Positions 10,554-19,181 of a stretch of DNA of 64,000 bases are shown piece after piece. Source of the stretch: an uncultured Verrucomicrobiota bacterium (lineage in GTDB: Bacteria; Verrucomicrobiota; Verrucomicrobiia; Limisphaerales; AAA164-E04); the NCBI GenBank assembly GCA_964342405.1, contig CAYFGX010000002.1, positions 209,969-273,968 on the forward strand. Reading direction: 5' to 3'. Position 1 is the first letter of the stretch; each line of letters starts with the position of its first letter. A program made the position numbers and the translations under genes. Below the pieces are notes generated by a model. The model was not told the origin of the DNA. It made no database searches and saw nothing but the letters and a program-made list of their open reading frames with translations.

Positions 10554-13342
10554 TTTCCCTCAGGAACTAGAGCCACGGAATCGATCTCCATACTGAACCG
10601 GGGGCGGACAAACAGATTGAAAGTTGAGAAGGGCCCAATCTCAACTGGGTAACTCGCAATGATCTGATTATCCTCAAACCGAATCCTGTCTGTATGCATC
10701 GAGAGAGTTTTCACCATCGAGTGCCCCCACATCTCGAAGCTCCATTCTTCCGCCTTCCCAAACCACTCGGCTACCTGTTCACCTTCTTCAGAATCTCGAT
10801 TCCAACGGAATCTCACATCCGCGGAATGTTGCCGATCACCCAAGGTCTTTGACTGACCTAGGTGGACGGATTTCGTTGGCGTGACCGAGAAATGACAACC
10901 AAGCTCCGCCCTTGAATCAGGAATCGCAAACGTAAGTATCCGGTGCCGTGGGTCGACGTATTGAACTAAGGGAAGAATACTTTGATTCTCGCCAAATGAA
11001 ATCTCCATCGACCTGGGCTCTCCGATCGATTCAGCAAGTCGAACTAAGACATGGCAAGTCTTGGAATTGGGCTCGGGCACGACAGCTTCGGCTCCAACCG
11101 TTACTTGAGGAGGTCGGCTGGTGATCCGCCCTTCAGGACTCCACCAAGTGTCTCCGAGTTGATCGTTAGTCACGGCCAAGACCGTCATGAGCGACTCGGC
11201 AGGATCCTCGATTTGGGTTTGCAGCGTCTGGACTTCTTCGGGAAGAAACTCCATTTCATACGAATCAACCTTGTTCTTGGCGAGAGTTTCACCGCCAACC
11301 TCGAACAAGTAGGCTAGACCACCCGTTGCGATGACACCGATGCCCACTGTCAGCACGAGGGCTCGCAACAAGGTCTTGGGAGTGAGAATCAAAGATTGCC
11401 GAATCATTGGCACGAATCCGGAACGACGAAGTTCAAGACCAAAATGGGCCAATAATCTAGGCTTCAAAAGGACAGCCAATGCTCCGATGGGAACGAGGAA
11501 CACGATCAGCTGATGCAGCAAAAAACCGAGTGGAATGCCCCTACCCATATTCTGAACAGCCAACATTCGATAGGTGATATCCAGGAACTGGTAGATCCCA
11601 CATAAAACAGCACAGAGCCACATGCAGCTAGAAAGAATCGCGATTCTTCTCCAGGCACGCGATTGCCCCACCAGTGCCAACCCGACCGACCCCAGATAGA
11701 TAGAATACACAAACCAACCCAAGCTAAGCGATTCGGGACCAAGCAGGTCCACCGATCGTGCGGATGCCGCACCGGTGGCGTTGACGTTAGTATCTTGCAA
11801 TGACAGGAGTCGCACCAGACAAGGAGAGAGGCATCCTAGCCAAAGAAACGTTTTCCCCACCAACAACGACGACGGATTCGCCCGATAACCCATACGTGAA
11901 GGAACCGCCAATCGAATACTTGCGAGTCCAAGAATTACACCCGATCCAAAAACAAGACCCAAGGAATAGACAGATCCCACAGCGATAGCCATGGTTCTCG
12001 CAATTGGAATCGAGGCAAGGATCAGAGCCGTTAAAGCTAAGGGGTAGAGGGTTAGAGGTAGGTTAGGATGTCGCAGGGGAAACGGATCCAATAGCGGCCC
12101 GCGCTTCATCCAGACAAGCTGGCAAATCCCGAGGATTATCCCTCCCTCAAAGGCTACTCTCCCGAAGAACCGGCCATCCTTGTAGATTGACAGATGCCGC
12201 ATCAGTTCATCGTAGCCCGCTATGAGCTTCAGAATATCATAGCCAACCGTGAAGATTAGCCATGTCAGCAACAGACCAAGAGACCAGAAATACAAAGGCC
12301 TCAAGTTTGTAGGAGAACGAGGCGGAGCAGGTTCCTCAACAACCTTTTTCCGAGCAGCGAAACTCGTCGCGTTCTCGACCTCAGAACGCATCTCGCCAGC
12401 CGATTGCTGGCGCGCCTCGCGTTCCTTCTCAAGCGCCTTCAGCACGACTAAATCCATACCTGGATCCGCGTCCGATTTCTTCGAAGGCGGGGCGAATCGC
12501 CCAATCGGAAGCTCACCCGTCAACAGCTCATACAAGACCACACCCAGTGAATAGATATCAGCTCGATGATCCACATCTCGAGGTTTCTCTATCTGTTCAG
12601 GAGCCATGTAGTGAGGCGTTCCTAGTGTACCACCGGTATGAGTCAGCGTGAGGTCAGAACGATCGCCCCCACCCAACTTCGCAATGCCGAAATCCACCAG
12701 CTTCACCTCGCCTTTCGCATTGAGCAGTATATTGGCAGGTTTGATGTCTCGATGCAGCACCCCTTGTTGATGGGCATAGTCTAACGCATCGCAGAGAGAG
12801 GGAACCACCTTGAGAGCCTGCTCCGGAGAGAAGCGAGATGCTTGCATGGCTTGCCGAAGATTCACCCCGTCGACATATTCCATCAGTAAGTAATAGATTC
12901 CCTCGCGCTCACCAAAATCGTGTAGCGTGACGATTGCGGGATGACTCAACCGCGCCAGGGCCTGCGCCTCGCGAGCAAAACGTTCAGCAAACTCTGGATT
13001 CTTGCCCAGCCGTTCCGGAAGCACTTTGAGCGCCACCAATCGGTTCATTCGCTTCTGAGTCGCCCGAAACACGGCCCCCATGCCCCCTTGACCAATCAAC
13101 TCATGAACTTCCAACTCCGGAAACGCCGCTGCCAGACGATCGAAACTGGGCGGAGGCGCTCCCGTCGATTTGGATTCTGGCGCTTCAGAATCTGCGACCT
13201 GTTTCAGAAGACAGCTAGGGCACAAGCCCTCGGGAGCGTCGGGAGCAAGTGACGCCCTACATTCGGGACAGATTCTGTTGGACGATTCTTCAGTCATACT
13301 CCCTACCTGAGGAATCGAAGCGGAAAGGTTACACAGAATCAA
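10550..13342 (-). CDS. Serine/threonine protein kinase with N-terminal zinc ribbon, about 9-10 TM helices and a C-terminal extracytoplasmic domain
   Basis: Zinc ribbon CPECRASL..GLCPSCLL. Hanks kinase motifs GQGGMGAVFRA, VALKVL, HRDIKPANILL, DFGIAK, GTPHYMAPEQ. These are followed by many hydrophobic segments and a roughly 260-aa hydrophilic C-terminus. An alternative start is ATG 13297 (MTEESSN). Confidence 0.85.
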   Translation of the reverse strand: MILCNLSASIPQVGSMTEESSNRICPECRASLAPDAPEGLCPSCLLKQVADSEAPESKSTGAPPPSFDRLAAAFPELEVHELIGQGGMGAVFRATQKRMNRLVALKVLPERLGKNPEFAERFAREAQALARLSHPAIVTLHDFGEREGIYYLLMEYVDGVNLRQAMQASRFSPEQALKVVPSLCDALDYAHQQGVLHRDIKPANILLNAKGEVKLVDFGIAKLGGGDRSDLTLTHTGGTLGTPHYMAPEQIEKPRDVDHRADIYSLGVVLYELLTGELPIGRFAPPSKKSDADPGMDLVVLKALEKEREARQQSAGEMRSEVENATSFAARKKVVEEPAPPRSPTNLRPLYFWSLGLLLTWLIFTVGYDILKLIAGYDELMRHLSIYKDGRFFGRVAFEGGIILGICQLVWMKRGPLLDPFPLRHPNLPLTLYPLALTALILASIPIARTMAIAVGSVYSLGLVFGSGVILGLASIRLAVPSRMGYRANPSSLLVGKTFLWLGCLSPCLVRLLSLQDTNVNATGAASARSVDLLGPESLSLGWFVYSIYLGSVGLALVGQSRAWRRIAILSSCMWLCAVLCGIYQFLDITYRMLAVQNMGRGIPLGFLLHQLIVFLVPIGALAVLLKPRLLAHFGLELRRSGFVPMIRQSLILTPKTLLRALVLTVGIGVIATGGLAYLFEVGGETLAKNKVDSYEMEFLPEEVQTLQTQIEDPAESLMTVLAVTNDQLGDTWWSPEGRITSRPPQVTVGAEAVVPEPNSKTCHVLVRLAESIGEPRSMEISFGENQSILPLVQYVDPRHRILTFAIPDSRAELGCHFSVTPTKSVHLGQSKTLGDRQHSADVRFRWNRDSEEGEQVAEWFGKAEEWSFEMWGHSMVKTLSMHTDRIRFEDNQIIASYPVEIGPFSTFNLFVRPRFSMEIDSVALVPEGN

Positions 13343-13442
13343 AGGATTCTTTTGCAGCAGCGACTTCCCAGATCAGGAAATGATTGGAGCCAAGGAAGGA
13401 ATCTGGGATTCTCCTCCGTGTGAAAAAGCAAGGAGCAGAGCG

Positions 13443-14381
13443 ATGAATCGAATCGCTATCATAGGCTGTGGTGGTGTTGGAGGCTATTTCGGCGGAAAGC
13501 TGTGTCAGCTACGCCATGAGGATCCTGAGCTTCATCTCACGATGGTGGCACGGGGAGAGCATCTGGAGGCGATTCGAGCCAACGGTCTCACACTCAACAC
13601 CGAGAAAGAAGGCTCCTTTACCTGTCAGCCCAGTAGAGCGACGGACGACTTGGAATCACTCGACGAACAAGACGTGATTCTCCTTTGCGTGAAGGAGTTT
13701 GATTTGGCCGAAACGATCAAACGGATGAAGACCGCGATCGGCCAAGATACTGTTGTGCTCCCGCTCCTGAACGGCGTCGATGTCTACGATCGCATTCGTC
13801 AAATTCAAAAGTCTGGCAAGGTGTTTCCGGCGTGTGTTTATGTCGGCACCCACATCGAATCCCCCGGCGTCGTCACGCAGAAGGGAGGCGCTTGTAAGAT
13901 TCTCCTAGGACCCGACCCGCAGTCGCCGGATTTCATTCCACAGGAGCTTCTGGATAAACTCACGGAAGCAAAGGTGCGTTTCGAATGGAGCCCAGACGTT
14001 CAGTCATCGATCTGGGAAAAATTCACGTTCATCTGTTCCTTCGGTCTGATCACCGCAGCCTATGACAAGGTTTTGGGTGAAGTCACGGAGACGCCGGAGC
14101 TACGGCAGCGAGTGGAAGAAATCATGGCGGAGATTGTGGGCGTCGCGAGCGCCCTCAAGGTCGATCTCCCATCGGACATCACTCAAGTAGCGCTCGCCAA
14201 GGCCGATGGCTTTCCCTACGAAACCAAGACATCATTTCAGAGGGACTTCGAGCGATCGGACAAGCGAGACGAGCGCGAGCTCTTCGCTGGAGCGATGTTG
14301 AAATATGGAGAAACGCTCGGTATTCAACTCCCGCGAATCGCAGAGATGAGGCATCAAATAGACCAGAAAAAACCTCAGTGA
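13443..14381 (+). CDS. panE: 2-dehydropantoate 2-reductase (ketopantoate reductase, ApbA/PanE family)
   Basis: Rossmann N-terminus MNRIAIIGCGGVGGYFGGKL from ATG 13443. Length and the C-terminal ApbA_C-like region (SSIWEKFTFICSFGLITAAYD, TSFQRDFE) fit PanE. The ORF is open from 13380. Confidence 0.7.
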   Translation: MNRIAIIGCGGVGGYFGGKLCQLRHEDPELHLTMVARGEHLEAIRANGLTLNTEKEGSFTCQPSRATDDLESLDEQDVILLCVKEFDLAETIKRMKTAIGQDTVVLPLLNGVDVYDRIRQIQKSGKVFPACVYVGTHIESPGVVTQKGGACKILLGPDPQSPDFIPQELLDKLTEAKVRFEWSPDVQSSIWEKFTFICSFGLITAAYDKVLGEVTETPELRQRVEEIMAEIVGVASALKVDLPSDITQVALAKADGFPYETKTSFQRDFERSDKRDERELFAGAMLKYGETLGIQLPRIAEMRHQIDQKKPQ

Positions 14382-14456
14382 GGTGGACCTATCTCGAGAT
14401 GCATCTCCGTTACATTTTCTCCTGGCGGCAACACACCACGAACTTCAGACCCTCTC

Positions 14457-15626
14457 ATGACAAACTTCATACCAATCCCTAATCGCCTTCTCATTGGCCT
14501 TTCACAAGTTCGTCTGCATCTGACAACGAGCGGACTCCTCCTGCTCTTCGCTCTGCTTCCCCTGAACCTTATCCAAAGTCAATCAATGCCAAAAATCGGA
14601 TCGTCCCTCAGCCCGGACCAAGTCAATGCGTTTGCCGAGCTTGCCCTGAAGAACATCGACATCGAATACCCGAACAAACCCTCCAATGTGATGGCTGGCC
14701 CCGAATCAGTACGATCCCCGAAAGCCATGCACCCTGCCTTCTACGGCTCTTTCGACTGGCATAGCAGCGTGCACGGACATTGGATGCTCATCAGGCTCCT
14801 CAAGATGTATCCCAACCAAAAACATGCAGAGAGGATTCGGTGTGCGATGGACTCCCACCTTTCGAAAGAGAACCTCGAGGCAGAGACAGCCTACTTCGCC
14901 GCGAAGCACAACAAGAGCTTCGAACGGATGTATGGCTGGGCCTGGTTCTTCCGCCTCGCACTGGAATTGGAGGAATGGGATGACGTCCAAGGCAAGCAGT
15001 GGCGAGAGAACCTGAGACCTTTGGAAACTCTACTCGTTCGGCGTACAGTCGAATACATCCCCCTGCTCACATTTCCAATCCGGACAGGCGTTCATCCGGA
15101 TACGGGTTTTGCGCTGAGCCTCACCTTGGACTATGCGCGCGGGACAGGAAATCAGGCCCTCGAGAAGCTGATTGTCAGCCGAGCGAAAGACTACTATCTC
15201 AAGGACACTCAATACCCCTTCGCCTACGAGCCCTCAGGACAAGACTTTTTCTCTTCCGGACTGAATGAAGCCGATCTGATGTGGCGTATTCTTTCGGCGG
15301 CTGACTACGCGGATTGGATCCGAAACTTCCTCCCTTCAAGTCGCGAAGATTTGAGCCGCCTTCTCAGCCCGGTTGAAGTCAGTGATGTAACCGATGGCAA
15401 GATTGTCCACTTGGCTGGACTCGATCTATCGAGGGCTTGGTGTCTTCAGGGAATTGCTGACGCCCTGAAGAAAGACGATCCGTGGATTCAAGACCTCACG
15501 GCGCTCGCTCAAAGCCATGCTGACATGGGTTTCCGCTACATCTTCAGCGGGCACTACGAGGGAGAACACTGGCTCGCCACCTTTGCCATCTACACACTCA
15601 CGGAAGCATGGCAGCCAAATCACTGA
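14457..15626 (+). CDS. DUF2891 domain-containing protein, secreted
   Basis: Hydrophobic N-terminal signal-like segment. The blocks HPAFYGSFDWHSSVHGHWMLIRLL and YGWAWFFRLALEL match my recollection of the DUF2891 family. No experimentally defined function is known to me. Confidence 0.5.
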   Translation: MTNFIPIPNRLLIGLSQVRLHLTTSGLLLLFALLPLNLIQSQSMPKIGSSLSPDQVNAFAELALKNIDIEYPNKPSNVMAGPESVRSPKAMHPAFYGSFDWHSSVHGHWMLIRLLKMYPNQKHAERIRCAMDSHLSKENLEAETAYFAAKHNKSFERMYGWAWFFRLALELEEWDDVQGKQWRENLRPLETLLVRRTVEYIPLLTFPIRTGVHPDTGFALSLTLDYARGTGNQALEKLIVSRAKDYYLKDTQYPFAYEPSGQDFFSSGLNEADLMWRILSAADYADWIRNFLPSSREDLSRLLSPVEVSDVTDGKIVHLAGLDLSRAWCLQGIADALKKDDPWIQDLTALAQSHADMGFRYIFSGHYEGEHWLATFAIYTLTEAWQPNH

Positions 15627-15653
15627 GCGAAGAACTCCCTAAAGGAGACGACA

Positions 15654-15680
15654 TAAAAAAACCCGGAGGAAACCTCCGGG
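15654..15680 (-). terminator. Rho-independent terminator of the small minus-strand gene, between convergent genes
   Basis: The minus strand reads CCCGGAGG-UUU-CCUCCGGG followed by U7 (plus strand: A7 at 15654-15660, stem arms 15662-15669 / 15673-15680), 25 nt after the stop at 15705. Confidence 0.85.
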
Positions 15681-15704
15681 CTGCAAAATGAATGAGGAAG
15701 GGCC

Positions 15705-16085
15705 TTATGCCTTTTTCTTCTTGGCTTTTGCCTTCTCGATCTTGGAAGCTGTGATGGTGGCGTTCTTGCCTTTGCCTTCACGTTTGCCGGTGACGGCTAC
15801 AGGCACCTTGTCACCAGAGCAGATGTTCTTGTGAAACGCCTTGGCAACGTCATTGTTGGTCAACAAGAAGGTGCGTTTGATTTCTTTGCCTTCTTTGTTC
15901 TTGCGATCGATGACCAGGGCAGCTTGGCAAGACTCGGTCTTCTTCAGCGAGCACTTGGCACAAACGAGGGTACCTTTGGTGGTGCGTTCTTTCTTAGCTT
16001 TCTTTTCACCGTCAGCAGCAGATGCGGCGAACGGAATGGCGAGAGCCAATGCGGCAATTGCGAGGATTGATTTGAATGATTTCAT
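15705..16085 (-). CDS. Hypothetical small secreted Lys-rich protein with four Cys
   Basis: Signal peptide MKSFKSILAIAALALAIPFAASA. The mature part is Lys-rich (GEKKAKKERTTKG, KAKAKKKKA) with CAKC..C..C. It is followed by a strong terminator. No family recognised. Confidence 0.55.
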   Translation of the reverse strand: MKSFKSILAIAALALAIPFAASAADGEKKAKKERTTKGTLVCAKCSLKKTESCQAALVIDRKNKEGKEIKRTFLLTNNDVAKAFHKNICSGDKVPVAVTGKREGKGKNATITASKIEKAKAKKKKA

Positions 16086-16105
16086 TGTTTCTAGATCTAG
16101 TTGAA

Positions 16106-16404
16106 GCTCGCGATTTTATGTGCACGAATCGCAAGGACTAAGCTTTAAGTCTTCTCCGCGAGCCAAAAGGTTACAAGCTAAATCCACTGAAGGGGTGCAC
16201 AACGAACCATGGCTCGCGATCAGGCGGGTGGAAAAAGTCACCGCGGGAGTCCTCGCAAGCCGTTGTTATTGGTGAGAGGGATTGAAATAAGAGGGCCAAT
16301 GCACGTCATCCGCGTTCCTGAATGACATCGCTTAGGGGGTTCTGTCGTAGGGCGTCGCGACTCTCCCAGGAGTGGCGATCACTGTCGCGCCGACGGCTCG
16401 CGAC
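16106..16404. repeat. Cluster of GGCTCGCGA / TCGCGA-core repeats in an ORF-free spacer
   Basis: GCTCGCGA 16106-16113. Inverted copy CGCGAGCC 16157-16164. GGCTCGCGA 16211-16219. GTCGCGAC 16354-16361. GGCTCGCGAC 16395-16404. Confidence 0.8.
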
Positions 16405-16441
16405 GACTCTCGCCCCACCTAGAGAGCAGAATCGGTGAGAC

Positions 16442-17275
16442 TCACTCCACCAACCGGAAGTCTGCCGACTCACTCTTCATCCCAAAATGGTAGGATTTCC
16501 AGAGAACACGGGCATCGAAAAAGGCCTGGACCGCTTGGTCCACCCACTGATTGGCACCCAATCGGGCCTGATTCACCGTGATCTTAATATCCTTAACCGC
16601 GCCCCCAATCCCACCCAGGAAGGTCACATCGTCTTGGAGCTTCGCCTCCAGCTTGGCGACCTCGAAATCCTCCTGGTCGATCCAAACTCGCAAGGATAGC
16701 TGATTAAAGATTCGGTCGACGATCCGATGGCTGATTCGGTAGTCCTCATCCGGCCGCAAATCGAGCACGTAGGCAGAACGCTCCCTGACCTTCTCTTCGC
16801 CCAGTAATCGGGGTTGGAACTTATCGCGGAAGAGTTTGATATTCCGATCCATGAGATTCTCTTTGCGCCCCCCGGTGGCAGCTGGGTTCATTGGATCTGC
16901 GTTGAGAAAACGTCGCTTGTGCTTTCGGCCACGTTCGCGTTCCTTCTCAATCTCCTCCGCAGTCGCCGGCCGGCCATTCACGGTTAGGAGTTCTTGTTCC
17001 CGCTCATCGGTGTAAGCCCGGAAGGTCTTCTTTTGTTTCTTGGATACCTTTCCCTCCGAATCCACATCACTCAAAACAACTTCCCGCAAGAAGGTGTAAA
17101 CCCGCTCCTGCAGTCCCTTCTGCTGAGCGGCTAAGTGGGCGCGGCGAACGATTTCCTTGGCATCGAGCGCCTCTCCCAAGGCGTTACAGCTCAAAGACAA
17201 GCAGATGGCGATTAGGCTCCCTAGCCAGAATCCCACCGACCTTAACCGGGCTAAGTTGGCAAGAGAGTACCTCAT
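16442..17275 (-). CDS. Hypothetical secreted protein (possibly LolA-like/outer-membrane lipoprotein-sorting fold)
   Basis: N-terminal hydrophobic signal/anchor WLGSLIAICLSLSCNALG. A charged central region is followed by a beta-rich C-terminus. It overlaps the upstream SGNH hydrolase gene by 4 nt, suggesting an operon. The family assignment is weak. Confidence 0.35.
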   Translation of the reverse strand: MRYSLANLARLRSVGFWLGSLIAICLSLSCNALGEALDAKEIVRRAHLAAQQKGLQERVYTFLREVVLSDVDSEGKVSKKQKKTFRAYTDEREQELLTVNGRPATAEEIEKERERGRKHKRRFLNADPMNPAATGGRKENLMDRNIKLFRDKFQPRLLGEEKVRERSAYVLDLRPDEDYRISHRIVDRIFNQLSLRVWIDQEDFEVAKLEAKLQDDVTFLGGIGGAVKDIKITVNQARLGANQWVDQAVQAFFDARVLWKSYHFGMKSESADFRLVE

Positions 17276-17988
17276 CTCGTTGCCGGTGTTTCAGCTAGTC
17301 CAAGGGCGGTCACAATGCCTCGCTCGACGAATCGGGCCAAGGCCCGATACCCGTCTTTCGTGAAATGGACGTTCCCGGGACCCACGAACCAATCCGGTTC
17401 GAATTCTCGGGACACGGTGTTCAGATCTGCGATCGCAATTCCATGCCTATTCATGATTTCGGCCGCCACTTGATTGTATCGCAGATCATCCCCCAATACT
17501 CGTCCCGCCTCCCCGGGCGGCACGACCGTTGTGTTTGCCCAGATGAGTTTCGCGTCCGTCGCCTTAAGACGCTTGACGAGGCGTTCCAAGTTTTCACCGT
17601 AAACTTTGAGGGAAGTAGTCAACTGACCGCGCTCTTTGTCACGTCGACCCTGCACCTCGGATTCCGGATGGCGATAGCAAAGGTCCCACAAACCCCAGTT
17701 GAACTGAATCAGGTCCCAGCCCTCCGTTCCCAACCATTCGTCCAGCTTCTCGAGACCCGTCCCAGTGTGCTGGGCGTTTCCCGGGTGATGGTGCACCCGC
17801 ACTCGCCCCGCCAGAGACTCAGCCACGAAGGGCGTATAGCCGATCGATATTGAGTCGCCGATGATGAGGACGCGAGGTAGGGAGGAGGCGGAGCCTGTGT
17901 CTGCATCCGACATCGCGGGGTTCTGAGCCAAGAAAGTACCGGCAATCAAGACACTCCACAATACCCTCCTGTGCAACCGGTTGCCCAT
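17272..17988 (-). CDS. SGNH/GDSL-family hydrolase, secreted
   Basis: Block I VLIIGDSISIGYTP carries the catalytic Ser in GDS. Block V-like GNVHFTKDGY. N-terminal signal-like segment. Confidence 0.75.
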   Translation of the reverse strand: MGNRLHRRVLWSVLIAGTFLAQNPAMSDADTGSASSLPRVLIIGDSISIGYTPFVAESLAGRVRVHHHPGNAQHTGTGLEKLDEWLGTEGWDLIQFNWGLWDLCYRHPESEVQGRRDKERGQLTTSLKVYGENLERLVKRLKATDAKLIWANTTVVPPGEAGRVLGDDLRYNQVAAEIMNRHGIAIADLNTVSREFEPDWFVGPGNVHFTKDGYRALARFVERGIVTALGLAETPATR

Positions 17989-18009
17989 CTCCTGCTCTCA
18001 AGCTACTTA

Positions 18010-18411
18010 CTAATGTTGCGCCCAATAATCGATCACGAACACATCCGCTAGCACGGGGCCCAGCATCTTGCCAAAGGCCACATGATCAGGGTGCTTCAGG
18101 TAAACCTCCCGATCTTTCTCCGAGTGAAAGGTCAAGAGGTAGCAATGCTCGAACCCTTTGTTCAGTCCTTCTGGGCTATTGTTCGTTCCCTTTTCGAAAG
18201 CTTTGATTTCTGAAATGGTCTTCTTCAGGTGAGCGAACGCCTTCTCGACCTTAGCAATCTGTTCTTTGGTTGTACCTTCCTTGTATTTAAAGGAAACAAC
18301 ATGACGGAGGAGTTTCTCGTGATGATCTGCCAAGAGCGGACTCATAGCCCCAATCAGAAAGAAGGCTAAGAGGGCACAGGTGATGGTAGAGAGTCGATAG
18401 TTGATGTTCAT
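18010..18411 (-). CDS. Dabb (stress-responsive A/B barrel) domain protein with signal peptide
   Basis: LRHVVSFKYKEGTTKEQIAKVEKAF..HCYLLTFHSEKDREVYLKHPDHVAF is the typical Dabb domain pattern. The N-terminus is hydrophobic. Confidence 0.7.
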   Translation of the reverse strand: MNINYRLSTITCALLAFFLIGAMSPLLADHHEKLLRHVVSFKYKEGTTKEQIAKVEKAFAHLKKTISEIKAFEKGTNNSPEGLNKGFEHCYLLTFHSEKDREVYLKHPDHVAFGKMLGPVLADVFVIDYWAQH

Positions 18412-18540
18412 GACGCTTCAGTATTGAGAATCCCCCGATCGAAGACAATTCCTGTTTTCGCCCCTCGTGGGAGCCAGATTGCCTTTGACAGGGTATGCAA
18501 TTGGACGTAGTAAACACCCCTTTATTCGATCCGTACAATC

Positions 18541-19119
18541 ATGTCATTCCCAAGTAAAACCGGGGCAATCCACCAACGAGGAAGCCAGACACTCTCGATC
18601 TTTGCGACCGTCATGATCATCATGAGTTCGCTCGTAGCTTGTAAGGACGCCCCGTCTCCCGAGACGATCTCCGAAAAGCCATCGACGCCCGAAACGTCCG
18701 CTCCATCCGTTCCTGCAGCGAGTGAAGACGCCAGTCCGGAAGAAATTTCAGAAAGCAAGCCCGAGCCCAAGGAGCCTGCGACTCCGGCCGTTGTCACTGC
18801 CAAAGAGAAACCAAAGGCTAGTCTAGAACCCAAGGCATCGCCGAAGGTGTCCACGCCCGTTGCCGCTAGCCCCCCAAAGGTCCAGTTCCCCGAAATGAAA
18901 ATGTCCGAGAAGGCGCTTGCCGTCCGGAAGCTCTTCGTCGAGGCCAATAATCAATTCAAGGAGAAGCGTTACGTTGGGGCGATCCAAACCATCCGCAAAT
19001 TGGATGCTATGGAACTCAGTGAGAAAGAAGAACAAGCCGTAGACTTGTTCCTCAAACGAATCGAAAAGGCCCTGAGCGAAGGATCAGGAACGACGGCTGA
19101 GTCCACTGAAAAGAAGTAG
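18541..19119 (+). CDS. Hypothetical lipoprotein with a Pro/Glu/Ser/Lys-rich disordered linker
   Basis: Lipobox-like SSLVAC, a long PE/S/K-rich low-complexity region, and a helical C-terminus. The antisense ORF 18522..18947 is treated as a shadow of the low-complexity region. Confidence 0.5.
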   Translation: MSFPSKTGAIHQRGSQTLSIFATVMIIMSSLVACKDAPSPETISEKPSTPETSAPSVPAASEDASPEEISESKPEPKEPATPAVVTAKEKPKASLEPKASPKVSTPVAASPPKVQFPEMKMSEKALAVRKLFVEANNQFKEKRYVGAIQTIRKLDAMELSEKEEQAVDLFLKRIEKALSEGSGTTAESTEKK

Positions 19120-19181
19120 GTGAATAATTGCAACGCCGATGCGTCTGATCGACTAAACCCAAGAAACAAGATTACTTTTCA

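Noticed and set aside
16086-16441. Tested the ORF-free spacer by eye as RNase P RNA, tmRNA, SRP RNA, 6S RNA or a cobalamin riboswitch.
   Set aside because: None of the universally conserved strings is present (GAGGAAAGUCC for RNase P, the tRNA-like CCA end and resume codon context for tmRNA, the SRP GGAA/AGCA helix-8 motif, the B12 box). The region is reported as an unexplained repeat cluster instead.
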